A DNA stretch of 64,000 nt, taken from a virus. This document shows, piece by piece, positions 18,806 to 29,624 of the stretch. The notes below the pieces were generated by a model. The model worked only from the letters and a program-made list of their open reading frames with translations. It did not search any database and had not been told where the DNA came from. Each line of letters opens with the position of its first letter. The stretch's first letter is position 1. The position numbers were made by a program, and so were the translations under genes. The stretch is from IMG/VR virus record IMGVR_UViG_3300032235_000647, positions 66,195-130,194 of that record, one strand, 5' to 3'.

Positions 18806-19930
18806 TTATATTGGTTTCCTACCATCGTTTTTAATTAAATCAGTAAAATTTGATTGAATATAAATTTTATTAAATTTATATAAACGATTTACTTCATCAA
18901 CAAAATTATGATATTCATTATGCTCCTCCATCCAAACTGCTTTACGTGTAAATGATTCATAATCCATGTGAGTCCATTGATATATTTTACCAAAATAAAC
19001 AAGAGTTGCTTCGGAGTATTGTTGTTTCTGAATTCTATTTTCAAATTTTTTGTAAATCAATTCAGCAAACTCCCTCATTTCTTTGTAATTATCTAATTGA
19101 GTAACAAATGAACATCTTAAATTTTGTATAGTCGGTATAGTACTAATAAAATCTAAATTCTCCATTAAAACTTCCCAATTACCACCAATTCTTGTTTTAT
19201 TTTCGTAGGTATCTTTTGTAGCAGCATCTATTGATATTTCTACTGATTTAACATACGGATGTGCCTTTTCTATCCTCTTCCAATTCTTTTCATTAAATAA
19301 ATTGGCATTAGTTGTCAAATAAATATCATCCAAATTTGGCCATAATTTTGGGTCAAATTCAAATAAAAATTTTCTAAATGATTTTGATGCCCAAGGGTCA
19401 CCACTACCTGTTATTGCTAATTTTCTTGCTTCTTTTGAATAGTTATTTTTTATAAAATCAGTTATATTATCAATTTTTATAATTTCATTTGGTTTTGCCA
19501 TTATAACGTGTAATCTACATGATGGACATTTTAAATTACAACTATCATCATAAGTAAAATTAATTGAACCAGGTCCTGAACTTATATTTTTGTCATCTAC
19601 TACAAATCCATCATGCATTTTAAATGGTAATTTTTCTTTTTCTACAAAAAATCCACTTGCTTTTTGAGTGTTTATCAATGTACTTAAATGAGGACAGGCA
19701 GTTTTATGACAATGTGAATACGAACCATCTAAAACAGATTCTCTGATTTTATTTGCAGTTTCAGATTTCCAAACATCGTAATTTAATGTACCATCTTCAT
19801 TTTTACCATACCATAATTTTGTTTCCAACCAAGTTGGACAACATAATGTTGCATGGTCTTCAAAAAATTCTATATGTTTGAATGGTTGAATACAAATATA
19901 TTTTTTAAGAATGTCTTCTTTATTTTTCAT
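18806..19930 (-). CDS. Radical SAM protein with N-terminal SPASM/Twitch-like Cys domain
   Basis: CNLKCPSC; N-terminal C..P..CC..C...CP cluster; GSGDPW. Confidence 0.85.
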   Translation of the reverse strand: MKNKEDILKKYICIQPFKHIEFFEDHATLCCPTWLETKLWYGKNEDGTLNYDVWKSETANKIRESVLDGSYSHCHKTACPHLSTLINTQKASGFFVEKEKLPFKMHDGFVVDDKNISSGPGSINFTYDDSCNLKCPSCRLHVIMAKPNEIIKIDNITDFIKNNYSKEARKLAITGSGDPWASKSFRKFLFEFDPKLWPNLDDIYLTTNANLFNEKNWKRIEKAHPYVKSVEISIDAATKDTYENKTRIGGNWEVLMENLDFISTIPTIQNLRCSFVTQLDNYKEMREFAELIYKKFENRIQKQQYSEATLVYFGKIYQWTHMDYESFTRKAVWMEEHNEYHNFVDEVNRLYKFNKIYIQSNFTDLIKNDGRKPI

Positions 19931-19931
19931 G

Positions 19932-21053
19932 TTACAGATTTTTAAAAAACAAACTTATACCATCCATTTTCATTTGATTAAAATGATTTTTATTATATAT
20001 ACAAATTTCTTTTGTTTGCTGGTATAGTTCATTTAGTTTATTTATATCATATGAATTTAATTTTAAAACCACTTCAGAAATTTTAAAATATCTTTCTCTA
20101 GGCTCAAATATTGTATCATATGATTCATCCCAAAATTTTGAAAAGGTTTTAAATCCCAATCTTTTTAACTCTTTAAGATAGTTACAAGGCCCAAAAACTA
20201 TAAATGGTTGATAATTTAAAATCGGTTTTAAAATCTTTTCTGATATAAACAATTCGTTATTTACATACGATGATTCAGTTACCAAATGAATACACGAATT
20301 TAAAAATAAATCTTTCCGCATAGTATTGTTAACAGTAAAATTAAAATTTTTATTTGTATCCAACTCTATCGGAATATGTTTTATATATTCTTCTACTTGT
20401 AATTTCTGTTCTTGAAAAGGAAAACAATGTATTCCTTCAAATGTTAAAAAACTAAAATACGAATCACTAAAATCATTTGTTAAATAATCATGTAATAATG
20501 AATATCTGTGTTCTTTATCTACCGTTCTATTAAACGATAAAAATTTTTTACTTCTAAATTTATTTAGTTCATCTAATGATATCTCTTCACTTTTGTATCC
20601 CAAATCAGTTTTAACATTAAAAAATGAATTTTTATGATTGATTGCATCTTCAAGAAAAAAATGATAAGAATATACATTTCTTTCTTGCAAATTTACATTA
20701 CTAGTTAAGAATATACATCTATGTAAAATTCCATGCTTTTTTAATTTTAAAGCTAATTTTCTATATCTTTCAAACGGTGGTGCGTCTGCAATAGAACATA
20801 ATATTATTTTTAAATCATGTTCTTCTATAAATTTTTTAATATCTACTTTTCGTAAAATAGCATCAATTCTCTTTTCAAGAGCATGATACATTTCAGTAGG
20901 CTCTATCAATATGTAATTTTTATAATCTGTTTTAATATTTGGAAATTGTGTACACGAATATTCATTTATGACCTTTTGAGTCATAGGTCCTTCGAAACAC
21001 CACTTTCCATAATTTGATTCAGGTGGTAAAATAAAATTTAAAAAACTACCCAT
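19932..21053 (-). CDS. Putative glycosyltransferase, GT10-like (paralog 2)
   Basis: KKFLSFNR..HR, LVTES..FISEKILKPI..QPFIVFG..GFKTFSKFWDESYD. Confidence 0.65.
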   Translation of the reverse strand: MGSFLNFILPPESNYGKWCFEGPMTQKVINEYSCTQFPNIKTDYKNYILIEPTEMYHALEKRIDAILRKVDIKKFIEEHDLKIILCSIADAPPFERYRKLALKLKKHGILHRCIFLTSNVNLQERNVYSYHFFLEDAINHKNSFFNVKTDLGYKSEEISLDELNKFRSKKFLSFNRTVDKEHRYSLLHDYLTNDFSDSYFSFLTFEGIHCFPFQEQKLQVEEYIKHIPIELDTNKNFNFTVNNTMRKDLFLNSCIHLVTESSYVNNELFISEKILKPILNYQPFIVFGPCNYLKELKRLGFKTFSKFWDESYDTIFEPRERYFKISEVVLKLNSYDINKLNELYQQTKEICIYNKNHFNQMKMDGISLFFKNL

Positions 21054-21676
21054 TTTCCCGTCCCATAATGTGGGTATTTAGATTTATATTTATAATAAAT
21101 TACATCACTTGGTATTTCTCTCTGAATGCCACCCCATGTATATGATGTTGGTGTATTGGTTGAAACTTCGTTATCTTCTACTACAAAATATAGTGGTAAA
21201 TTGAAATTTCTTGCGTATTTATGAACTTCATAAAAGAATCCAGTTTCAAAAGTCATGTCACCAATAAAACACCAAACTTTTTCATCACTACCTTTTAGTT
21301 TTATTGATTTTGCAACTCCAAGTGCAATAGGTAATGTACCTGTTACAATTGCAGACGAATAAAAATTAGATTCTTTATCTACGATAGTTATTGATTTTCC
21401 ATCAAGAATTTTTTCTTTTAATGTAGATGGTTTAACTCCGTGAAGAAGTGCATGATAATGAGATCTCCAAGTTGAAAATACCCAATCGGTTGGCGATATT
21501 TTTTTGAATACTTCAATAAGTTGTTCTTCATTTCCATTTGATAAATGAATAGGTCCTTTTATTTCTCCTTTTTCCCAATGAGAAATAATATCATCTTCAA
21601 AATGAATAAGTTCTTCCTTATTCCAGTTACCATCCAACCATCGGTCTTCATGATAATTTAAATTTTTAATTTCCAT
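21038..21676 (-). CDS. TPP-dependent E1-alpha-like subunit
   Basis: GPIHLSNGNE, STWRSHYH, TPP motif GDM(x)nEDN. Confidence 0.85.
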   Translation of the reverse strand: MEIKNLNYHEDRWLDGNWNKEELIHFEDDIISHWEKGEIKGPIHLSNGNEEQLIEVFKKISPTDWVFSTWRSHYHALLHGVKPSTLKEKILDGKSITIVDKESNFYSSAIVTGTLPIALGVAKSIKLKGSDEKVWCFIGDMTFETGFFYEVHKYARNFNLPLYFVVEDNEVSTNTPTSYTWGGIQREIPSDVIYYKYKSKYPHYGTGKWVVF

Positions 21677-22250
21677 TTTTATCTCTTTTTGACAAGATTG
21701 GGTTTTCGGTTGGCCAATCTATATTAAATCTTGAATCGTTCCATACAATAGTATGTTGTTTATTTTCATCATTATATTCACCCTCGTATGCCATTTTATA
21801 TGAGAAAATGGAATCATCTTCCATTACAAAATGTCCATTTGCAAAATAAGGCGGAACAAGAACTTGAGTTCCAGTTTCAGGTGAGAGAATAAATGATTCC
21901 CATTTACCAAAATCAGGTGTTTTTTCTCTTACATCTAAAACTACTAAATAAATTCTACCGTGTGGACACGAAACTAATTTCCAAGTTTTTTCATCCCAAT
22001 GTAAACCTCTAAGAACACCTTTTTTAGATTTAGAATATCTATCATGTTTAAATGCTAACCCATCATTTCTATCGGCTGCTGGTAGTAATCTATCGTAATA
22101 GTCTGAATGATAGGTTGTTGATATTGAACCACGAATTTCGTGATAAATTGATGGTTGTACAATTTTTACTTGTGGTAAAACCGACCCATTATAAAAATGA
22201 AAATCGTTCCAACTTCTTTCTTTATAAAATATACTACGTCCTTGTGCCAT
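21666..22250 (-). CDS. rmlC: dTDP-4-dehydrorhamnose 3,5-epimerase family
   Basis: SKKGVLRGLH, KLVSC..G.I..V.LDVR..PDFGKW, VPPYFANG, WND..FNIDWP, ILSKRD. Confidence 0.9.
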   Translation of the reverse strand: MAQGRSIFYKERSWNDFHFYNGSVLPQVKIVQPSIYHEIRGSISTTYHSDYYDRLLPAADRNDGLAFKHDRYSKSKKGVLRGLHWDEKTWKLVSCPHGRIYLVVLDVREKTPDFGKWESFILSPETGTQVLVPPYFANGHFVMEDDSIFSYKMAYEGEYNDENKQHTIVWNDSRFNIDWPTENPILSKRDKNGN

Positions 22251-23202
22251 AACCTAATGGAAATCCATTTCTATATTTTGATGATAAATCTTGTATTAAA
22301 ATTGTGTAAGTTTTTATAAGTTCGTCAATACCATCATCTAAACTCCAATCAGGATTCCATCCAGTAGATTCTAGTTTGGCATTTGAAACTAAATAATCTC
22401 GTTTATCAGGGTCTTGGTAAAAATCAGAATAAGTGATTGCAAAATCAGGAACAAATTCTTTAATTTTTTCTACCAATTGAGCTTTTGTTAAATTTGCAGA
22501 TGTCAACCCTACATTAAATACTTCACCTTGAAATTTTTCGTAATTTTCTATCATATATTCAAATGTTTTTGCAACATCTCGGATATGAATGTAATTTCTT
22601 TGAAAATTTTTCTCAAAAATAGTGATGTATTTATCAGTTAATGCTTTGTAAACAAATTCGTTTACCAACAAATCCATTCTCATTCTTGGAGATGAACCAA
22701 ATACGGTGGCAAGTCTTATTGAAATGCCACCGATATTAAGAACCTCTCTCTCGGCTTTAACTTTGGTCACTCCATAGTGTGATATAGGGTTAAGTGGACT
22801 TTCTTCAGTACACTCACCATTCTCGCCTATCCCATACCCACTATTTGTATTTGGATATATTACTTTTATATCAGTACCTCTAACTAAATCACAAATGGTT
22901 TTTACATGAGTATAATTTACTGCAGTTGCTAAATCTCTATCTCTATCACATGCAGGAAATCCTACAATTGCAGCTAATGGAATTATAACATTAAAAGTTG
23001 GTACTAGTTTTTCTAATAAACTAGTATCTCTAACATCACCATAAATAAAATGGAATCTTTTATTATAAGAGTAATGAATTAGGGATGTTTGATTATACAT
23101 CAAATTATCTAATACGGTAACTTCGTGACCACTATCAAGTAGTCTATCTACCAACACCGAACCGAGGTATCCTGCCCCTCCTGTAATTAGTACTTGTTTC
23201 AT
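22234..23202 (-). CDS. NAD-dependent NDP-sugar epimerase/dehydratase (extended SDR)
   Basis: TGGAGYLGS, YGVTK (YxxxK), RLATVFGSSPRMRMDLLVN. Confidence 0.9.
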   Translation of the reverse strand: MKQVLITGGAGYLGSVLVDRLLDSGHEVTVLDNLMYNQTSLIHYSYNKRFHFIYGDVRDTSLLEKLVPTFNVIIPLAAIVGFPACDRDRDLATAVNYTHVKTICDLVRGTDIKVIYPNTNSGYGIGENGECTEESPLNPISHYGVTKVKAEREVLNIGGISIRLATVFGSSPRMRMDLLVNEFVYKALTDKYITIFEKNFQRNYIHIRDVAKTFEYMIENYEKFQGEVFNVGLTSANLTKAQLVEKIKEFVPDFAITYSDFYQDPDKRDYLVSNAKLESTGWNPDWSLDDGIDELIKTYTILIQDLSSKYRNGFPLGYGTRT

Positions 23203-24635
23203 AATATATGGGTTTCGTGTAATATATTTTCAAAGAAATTTTTAATTTCTCTTTTTTCGGTGGATAATTTATGTAATAACTTTTGATTATGTATTAATAT
23301 TTCTTGCATCTCTTCTAATAATACAATCCATTCATCATCGGTTTTATTACACAAACTAATTACTAAATTTAATAGTAAATCTGTTCTAGTTTTAAAATCT
23401 TTGATGTTATCATACGATTCATCCCACCATTTATCAAAAGTTTTAAATCCATGTGATTTTAAAACATCTAATGTATTTGGATTACCCAACACTACAAATG
23501 GATGAAGATTCATTATTGGTTTAATTGTTTTTTCAGTTAAAAATGAATACGGAGATTCTGCATTAGTTTCTGAAATTATTGTAAAATATGAATTTTCATA
23601 TTCATCTTTTCTACTAAGAAAATTATGATATTCTGCTACTCTGTCTGGATTATCATCATCGATTACTAAAGGATAATAATTTTTGTAATTCTTTTTTATA
23701 TCTAATGTGTCCTCTTGTGTTAAACCCAATGGTGGATATTCCTTTTCTTCATTTAAAAATTTTACAAAATGTGAATTTTCTAAAAAAGAGATAAATCCTT
23801 TATCCAATAAATTATTTTTATATAGTAAATTTAGAAAATAAGCTCTATGCATCCTTTCCGAATTTCTATTATACATTAAGAACTTTTTTTGTTTTTTATT
23901 AAATTTTAATTCAGTTTGAAATGAATAATCATAGCCATCTTGCTGTATTAAGTGAGTTGACCCACTTCGTAGTATACTCATAAATCTACCAGCAGATGTT
24001 ATCAAATAATTATTTGGAAATACACTAATTTGATTTTTAAATTTTGGAAATTTTTTAGAATGTTTTAACTTTATAATATTATTGTTGTTGGTAGAAATAT
24101 AAACTTTATCCGTATGATTTATATCATTTCTTTCTAAAAATTTATGTATTTTTTCTAAAAAACTTATATTATGCATATACGCCCCTTCACCAGAATCTAC
24201 AAAAACTATTTTAAAATTTGTATTATTTTTTATTAGATTTAATAAATCTGGTGAAATCATATCTTCTATTACTATCTTATCGGAAGAATAGTATTCAAAC
24301 ATATTATTAACATTCAGGCTTTCAAAAACTACCAAATATAAATTATTAGATTTTATATTATCTTTAATATCTTTTGTTAAAACAAATTCAGTATTTTTTG
24401 TATATTGTGTAACATAATTTGAAAATTCAGAACTTGTATTATAAAAAAAATGAGTAGGGTCATGAACCGATGCGTAATAACCAGTAAATTGTTTATCATT
24501 TGGATTTTGCAATTTGTATTGCATCATAATTGGTAGTGTATATTTTGTATACCCTAATGGTATGTATCCACCTGGCCCTTTAAAATCTAAAACAAAATAA
24601 GTTTTTGGAATTTTATTTAAATTGAATCCATCCAT
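23199..24635 (-). CDS. Putative glycosyltransferase, GT10-like (paralog 3)
   Basis: FTIISET..LTEKTIKPI..HPFVVLG..GFKTFDKWWDESYD; N-terminus DFKGPGGYIPLGY resembles paralog 1 DVVGPAGFVPTGW. Confidence 0.65.
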   Translation of the reverse strand: MDGFNLNKIPKTYFVLDFKGPGGYIPLGYTKYTLPIMMQYKLQNPNDKQFTGYYASVHDPTHFFYNTSSEFSNYVTQYTKNTEFVLTKDIKDNIKSNNLYLVVFESLNVNNMFEYYSSDKIVIEDMISPDLLNLIKNNTNFKIVFVDSGEGAYMHNISFLEKIHKFLERNDINHTDKVYISTNNNNIIKLKHSKKFPKFKNQISVFPNNYLITSAGRFMSILRSGSTHLIQQDGYDYSFQTELKFNKKQKKFLMYNRNSERMHRAYFLNLLYKNNLLDKGFISFLENSHFVKFLNEEKEYPPLGLTQEDTLDIKKNYKNYYPLVIDDDNPDRVAEYHNFLSRKDEYENSYFTIISETNAESPYSFLTEKTIKPIMNLHPFVVLGNPNTLDVLKSHGFKTFDKWWDESYDNIKDFKTRTDLLLNLVISLCNKTDDEWIVLLEEMQEILIHNQKLLHKLSTEKREIKNFFENILHETHIL

Positions 24636-25384
24636 GATTTATCAAACTTAATTAAATTATTACCTACGTGTGTTATATCTAATATTTTATATGGAGTTTG
24701 TTTTTGAAAATTAAAAGCGGCAGCTGGTTTTAATCTTTTTGAAATTGTATCAGGGTTATTATACACTTCATCAATTTCTTCTCTATTTAAAAACTTAGAA
24801 CATATTGCCGCATAAAACATTTCTCCGTTAAAAAATTGTCTAAAATCAGTTGGACAACTATCTAATGGGTTAGATGCACCAAACCACATCCATGCATTAG
24901 AATAATCAATCAATGAACCTTCAAATTTTTTACTATGCCATGTTCCATTACAATAAATGGAAAATTCTTTCTCATTTTTTTTAAATGAAAATCCTATTTT
25001 ATATTTTTTTAATTCGTCTCCTGGTTCCCAATTTACTTTTACCAAAATATCAAAATTTTTAAGATTTGAAGTTGAGTAAGTTTCCCATAGGTTTGTTGTA
25101 TCAGTAGTTGGTATTATATCAGATGTCCAAATTGTTCCTTTTATATAACAATGGTCTTCGTTTGGTTTTACAACACTTAATCCCATGTGTAATCCATTTT
25201 TAATTATAATACCACCTTCACGAGTTAAATCATTAGGATTCATTTTATCCCAATTAACAGTTATTTCAGTTAAAAATGAAAAATCATTTTCAGTAATATT
25301 TTTCATTGCATAGGTTGATAATCCATATTTGTTATCAGGAGTTACAAACCAAGCAGATCTTCCATCAAATTTTAAACTATTCAT
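24617..25384 (-). CDS. Stand-alone LamG/concanavalin-like domain protein
   Basis: LKFDG start, WFGAS..FFNGEM..L...EI pattern shared with the LamG inserts of the neighbouring GT7 genes. Confidence 0.6.
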   Translation of the reverse strand: MNSLKFDGRSAWFVTPDNKYGLSTYAMKNITENDFSFLTEITVNWDKMNPNDLTREGGIIIKNGLHMGLSVVKPNEDHCYIKGTIWTSDIIPTTDTTNLWETYSTSNLKNFDILVKVNWEPGDELKKYKIGFSFKKNEKEFSIYCNGTWHSKKFEGSLIDYSNAWMWFGASNPLDSCPTDFRQFFNGEMFYAAICSKFLNREEIDEVYNNPDTISKRLKPAAAFNFQKQTPYKILDITHVGNNLIKFDKSWMDSI

Positions 25385-26838
25385 ATTTTAATTGTTTTTG
25401 TCCATTCAAAAAATTCTTCTAATTCAGGAAATACTTTTTTGAAGTTGGTTCCTCGTCTATCATCATGTGCTTGAAAATACTTACCAAAGTTGTATTGTTT
25501 TCTAAGTAATTCTTCATCTTGTTTTACCGATTTCATCCAATCATACGTTCTTTTGATTTTTTGAATTTCTATATCCGAATACCCTATGTATTTGTTTTCA
25601 AAAAGAGGAACTGCTAAGAAATCGGAAAGTTGTGCTTGTTTGTAAATATTTTCTGCCCATTGTTGTGGTAATACTTGAACTGTTTGATGGGTCGGGTATC
25701 TCAAATAAGAAGTATCCAAAAATGCTGCAGATGCCCAATATCTATCGGTTGAACCATATTCCTTTTTAAGTTGATAAACACCTTCTATAAGTTTATCATA
25801 ATTTGGAACTGATAATGCATTATATGTAGACATAAAAGTTAGATTGACTCTTGGACAACTTCTCATTAATTTATTTACATTGTCCCAAAATTGATTAAAT
25901 ACCAATCCATTTCTAATATATTCTGCTTGATCTCCCCATGTATCACACGAGGTAAATACTATAAATTCATTTACTCTATTTTCTTCAGTTATTCGTTTTA
26001 TTTTTTCAATAAATTTATCAACTAATTTATCAGGAACGCCAAGATTTGAATTGATTGCAAGATTCAATCCTCTATTTGGATTTGGATTATCAATAATATA
26101 ATCCAATACATCCCATGTATCCTTTGACATTAGTGGTTCACCACCTGTAATTCTGAATGTATGTAAATCATTATATAAATCTGGCCACCATTTCCAAAAT
26201 GCCTCTACATAAGGATTATATTCGGTTTGTCTGAATGGTTTTTTATTTTCCTCTTCTAAATAACGAGTATCATTGAATCTATCAGTAGTAGGATATGCTC
26301 CATGCTTTTCTATCTCTTCCATCCATTTTGATGAAAAAGCAGGTCCACAATAAGAACATTTAAAATTACAAGCATTTGAAAAAGCAACCTCTACATATTT
26401 TGGGTTGTAATCAGCTCTCCAATTTAATTCAGTAATTTCTTTATAATGAGGTAAAGACCATGATTCTGATGATTTGAATGTTCTATCCGAAAATCTATCT
26501 GAATTATCTTCAACATTCCAACAATAATCACATTCTTCAGGTCTACTACCTTCCAACATTTCTTTTCTTCTTCGTTTTTTATACGCAGTGTTATGTAATG
26601 CCGAAGGATTTCTTTTTATTTCAGATTGAGATATTGGATGTGTTCGTGGGTGGTGACAGGAATGAGTATGACCGAGTTGTAAATGCATGGTGACTTGTGT
26701 CCATTTTGCTAGACACATACCTGGACCTATTTTATTCAAATCATCTCTTACACCGAGATAAAATGGATTATCGCCTGCAAATGTTTTTTTAAGTTTTTTA
26801 TTTTCTTCTTTTTGAAATTCTATATTTTCCTCAGCCAT
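25381..26838 (-). CDS. Radical SAM protein with N-terminal Twitch-like domain
   Basis: CNFKCSYC, ITGGEPL, N-terminal C.AKW..SCHH..CDYCW. Confidence 0.88.
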   Translation of the reverse strand: MAEENIEFQKEENKKLKKTFAGDNPFYLGVRDDLNKIGPGMCLAKWTQVTMHLQLGHTHSCHHPRTHPISQSEIKRNPSALHNTAYKKRRRKEMLEGSRPEECDYCWNVEDNSDRFSDRTFKSSESWSLPHYKEITELNWRADYNPKYVEVAFSNACNFKCSYCGPAFSSKWMEEIEKHGAYPTTDRFNDTRYLEEENKKPFRQTEYNPYVEAFWKWWPDLYNDLHTFRITGGEPLMSKDTWDVLDYIIDNPNPNRGLNLAINSNLGVPDKLVDKFIEKIKRITEENRVNEFIVFTSCDTWGDQAEYIRNGLVFNQFWDNVNKLMRSCPRVNLTFMSTYNALSVPNYDKLIEGVYQLKKEYGSTDRYWASAAFLDTSYLRYPTHQTVQVLPQQWAENIYKQAQLSDFLAVPLFENKYIGYSDIEIQKIKRTYDWMKSVKQDEELLRKQYNFGKYFQAHDDRRGTNFKKVFPELEEFFEWTKTIKI

Positions 26839-26861
26839 AACTTCTTATTTATTAATATATA

Positions 26862-28328
26862 TTAGAGTTTTACATTTATCATTTTTGCCCTAGATGTCAA
26901 TTCATCAATACTAACTAATTCATATTTTAACGAATTAATACCATCTGTTTTATAGTCCCAATTACCTTGTTGCATTTGTAAAACATATCGTCTTTCGTTT
27001 CGTGCAGTAGTTTCACCCTTTGCCCACTTATCAACACCCCCAACTTTGATTAACCCTTCATCTTGATGTGGTAGACATCTCAATCTACCCAGTCTTCTAT
27101 GTGGAATTATTGTATACGGAATTCTAATTTTTTCTTTTTGTTCTTCACAACAATGGATTGCCCCATGGGTTTCATTTCCACTTAAATCAATTGCTGTATA
27201 TGAAGAATTTTGTTGCCGGGGATTATTAAAATCATAATGTAATTTCAATCCTTCATTTGGTAGTTCTTTATGTAGATTTTGGATTTCATCAGATGAAAGA
27301 GAACGATTCCAAATCATAACCTTTGATATATCTCCCTTAAACCACCGATTTACTTCTTTCTTACCTACCGAAGTTGTTGTTCCGATATACCAATCATCTA
27401 ACCCATAACTCTTCAGTCTACCTTCATAATGAAGTGGTGAGGGTGTCCCAGTTCCCCAGCGAGAATCCGATTCTTTTCCATTTAAATAGAAGTGAATGTT
27501 TTGGTTTGATGTATCAACTGAAAGAGTTACCCAAGACCATTGATTCTCATATCGTTTCATCCACTGGTATAAATGGGTTTGTTCCGAGTCCCATAATTGT
27601 GCGGTATACGCACGAGAGTTATTATACGATATTCCATAATCATATCCAGGTCTTCGTATAATTGGATACTCACAAAATCTTCTTTCAGTATCACCAACTA
27701 ACCAAATTGGAACTTTTTCTTCTTGTTGATTTGCACGAACTAAAACTGAAATTGTATGAGAACGAGATGTTACATTTCGTAATTCTGAATGTTTATCAAT
27801 TTTTATATGTGAATTGTGGCCATCAAAGTGTAAGTAGGTTTCTTCATGTGTTGGATAATCCATATAAGAATTATTTACATATCCTTCTAAATTACATCTC
27901 CAAAAAAGATCATCATCTTCCATGCCCCAATCCCAATAGTCATTTGAATACCCATTAGTTTTTTGGACGTGTTCTTTTGAAAAAATAACAGCACCACCAA
28001 AGTATTCTTCATACTTCAGTTCGTAGTTCATTTGCGAGATATTAGTTGCAATATGAACAGGATTTTCATTAGGAAATGAATAATCACATCCTTCTTCAGG
28101 TATCATATCAATATCATGCCAAACTATATAATCACAGCCATCTTCAAATGCATGTTTTGCAGCAATATTTTTCATTGCACCACGATTAAAAAGTTTATCA
28201 TCTACTTGATGACCAAAATACATTTGATAATCTATACCTCTGTCTTCAAGATATTTTCCAACAAGAGGTATGAATTCTTTTAAATGAGCCTCTCTATTTC
28301 TATATGGTATACAAACTCCTAATTTCAT
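26862..28328 (-). CDS. GT7 (beta-1,4-galactosyltransferase-like) with internal LamG domain
   Basis: IPYRNRE.HL, FNRGAMKN, HDIDMIP, YFGG, NGYSN.YWDWGMEDDD, then LamG, then C-terminal DGINSLKY. Confidence 0.88.
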   Translation of the reverse strand: MKLGVCIPYRNREAHLKEFIPLVGKYLEDRGIDYQMYFGHQVDDKLFNRGAMKNIAAKHAFEDGCDYIVWHDIDMIPEEGCDYSFPNENPVHIATNISQMNYELKYEEYFGGAVIFSKEHVQKTNGYSNDYWDWGMEDDDLFWRCNLEGYVNNSYMDYPTHEETYLHFDGHNSHIKIDKHSELRNVTSRSHTISVLVRANQQEEKVPIWLVGDTERRFCEYPIIRRPGYDYGISYNNSRAYTAQLWDSEQTHLYQWMKRYENQWSWVTLSVDTSNQNIHFYLNGKESDSRWGTGTPSPLHYEGRLKSYGLDDWYIGTTTSVGKKEVNRWFKGDISKVMIWNRSLSSDEIQNLHKELPNEGLKLHYDFNNPRQQNSSYTAIDLSGNETHGAIHCCEEQKEKIRIPYTIIPHRRLGRLRCLPHQDEGLIKVGGVDKWAKGETTARNERRYVLQMQQGNWDYKTDGINSLKYELVSIDELTSRAKMINVKL

Positions 28329-29620
28329 ATTCCAACATTTAAATGTATTATATTTTTTTCTTTAATTTTGCCATATAAAGTATAATCTAAACAAGTTGAT
28401 AATCCATCTTCAATATTATCTCTATATCCATTCTGTACTTCGTTATTGTATCTCAACTGGTTCCATCTACTATTATCATCTTTCCATCTACCATTATTAA
28501 AACCACAATCATCATGATTTAATTTTAATAATTTACTATTTCTTCTAAATGGAATATATGAATAATAATTTGTAAATGGTTTAAAATTATCTAAATATAC
28601 ATTGAATAATTCACCATGATTTTTATTACCAGAAATATCTTTTAGTCGATATTCTTCTATATTGTGATTTTTGTAATGTATTTTTACTTCACCATTTTGT
28701 TCTATTAAAAATTCATTTATACTTCCTTTGAAAAAATTTTCTAATTCATTATCTGAACCAAGTATTATATTATTATGGGAATAGTTGTATATGTAATTTG
28801 AAATATTAATATTACTCAATTTATCATTTACTGAAAAATTTATTATTTTATTATTTTTATTGTATTCAATTTTTATTTTATTATGAGATGTTGTTACGAT
28901 ATCAGAATGTACATCGTAATATGCACCAGTCTTATCAAAAACTTGTAAATAAAATCTATTAAATGAATTATAAAATAATTTAAAATCGAATCCGTGTATT
29001 GTTAATATAGGAAATATATCAAATTGTTTATTTACATCATATACAACTCTATCCAAATTAATATCAAGTTCTATATTAAAATTTCTATTGTAGTTTATTA
29101 CATTCGGAATTTTTGCATATGCATCAACTCCGTTAAAAATAGGTAACACATCTTGACTAATATATTCTGTTATGTGATTTGAAAATGGTATATTATTTTT
29201 TACACACCTATATCGTAAATCATCATCTTCAAATCCCCAGCCCCAGTATAAATTAGAAAATCCATTTATTTCTTTAAAAATGGTTGATGGAAATAATGTC
29301 ATTCCACCAAAATAAGATTCAAATGGAATATTATCTGTTGCTAAATGAATTGGTGTATTTGAGTAAGAATAATCAACATCCACAGGAATCATATCCACAT
29401 CGTGGATTACTACATAATCACATTTGTTTTTATGTGATTCTATAAATCCAATGTTACATAACATCCCACGATTAAATAATTTTGCATCATCTTGCTCAAC
29501 AATTATAACTACATAGTTTTGATATGAATTTGAATCAAGATATTCAATTATTGATTTTTTGAATTTTTCAAGATGTTCGTAACGATTTCGGTAAGGAACA
29601 ATAATTCCTAACTTTTCCAT
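28325..29620 (-). CDS. GT7 (beta-1,4-galactosyltransferase-like) with internal LamG domain, paralog
   Basis: VPYRNR..HL, FNRGMLCNIGF, HDVDMIP, NGFSNLYWGWGFEDDD, LamG-like insert, DGLS. Confidence 0.88.
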   Translation of the reverse strand: MEKLGIIVPYRNRYEHLEKFKKSIIEYLDSNSYQNYVVIIVEQDDAKLFNRGMLCNIGFIESHKNKCDYVVIHDVDMIPVDVDYSYSNTPIHLATDNIPFESYFGGMTLFPSTIFKEINGFSNLYWGWGFEDDDLRYRCVKNNIPFSNHITEYISQDVLPIFNGVDAYAKIPNVINYNRNFNIELDINLDRVVYDVNKQFDIFPILTIHGFDFKLFYNSFNRFYLQVFDKTGAYYDVHSDIVTTSHNKIKIEYNKNNKIINFSVNDKLSNINISNYIYNYSHNNIILGSDNELENFFKGSINEFLIEQNGEVKIHYKNHNIEEYRLKDISGNKNHGELFNVYLDNFKPFTNYYSYIPFRRNSKLLKLNHDDCGFNNGRWKDDNSRWNQLRYNNEVQNGYRDNIEDGLSTCLDYTLYGKIKEKNIIHLNVGI

Positions 29621-29624
29621 CTAT

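Noticed and set aside
16261-21676. Pyruvate dehydrogenase auxiliary metabolic genes
   Set aside because: Subunits are truncated, E2/E3 are absent and the context is NDP-sugar synthesis.
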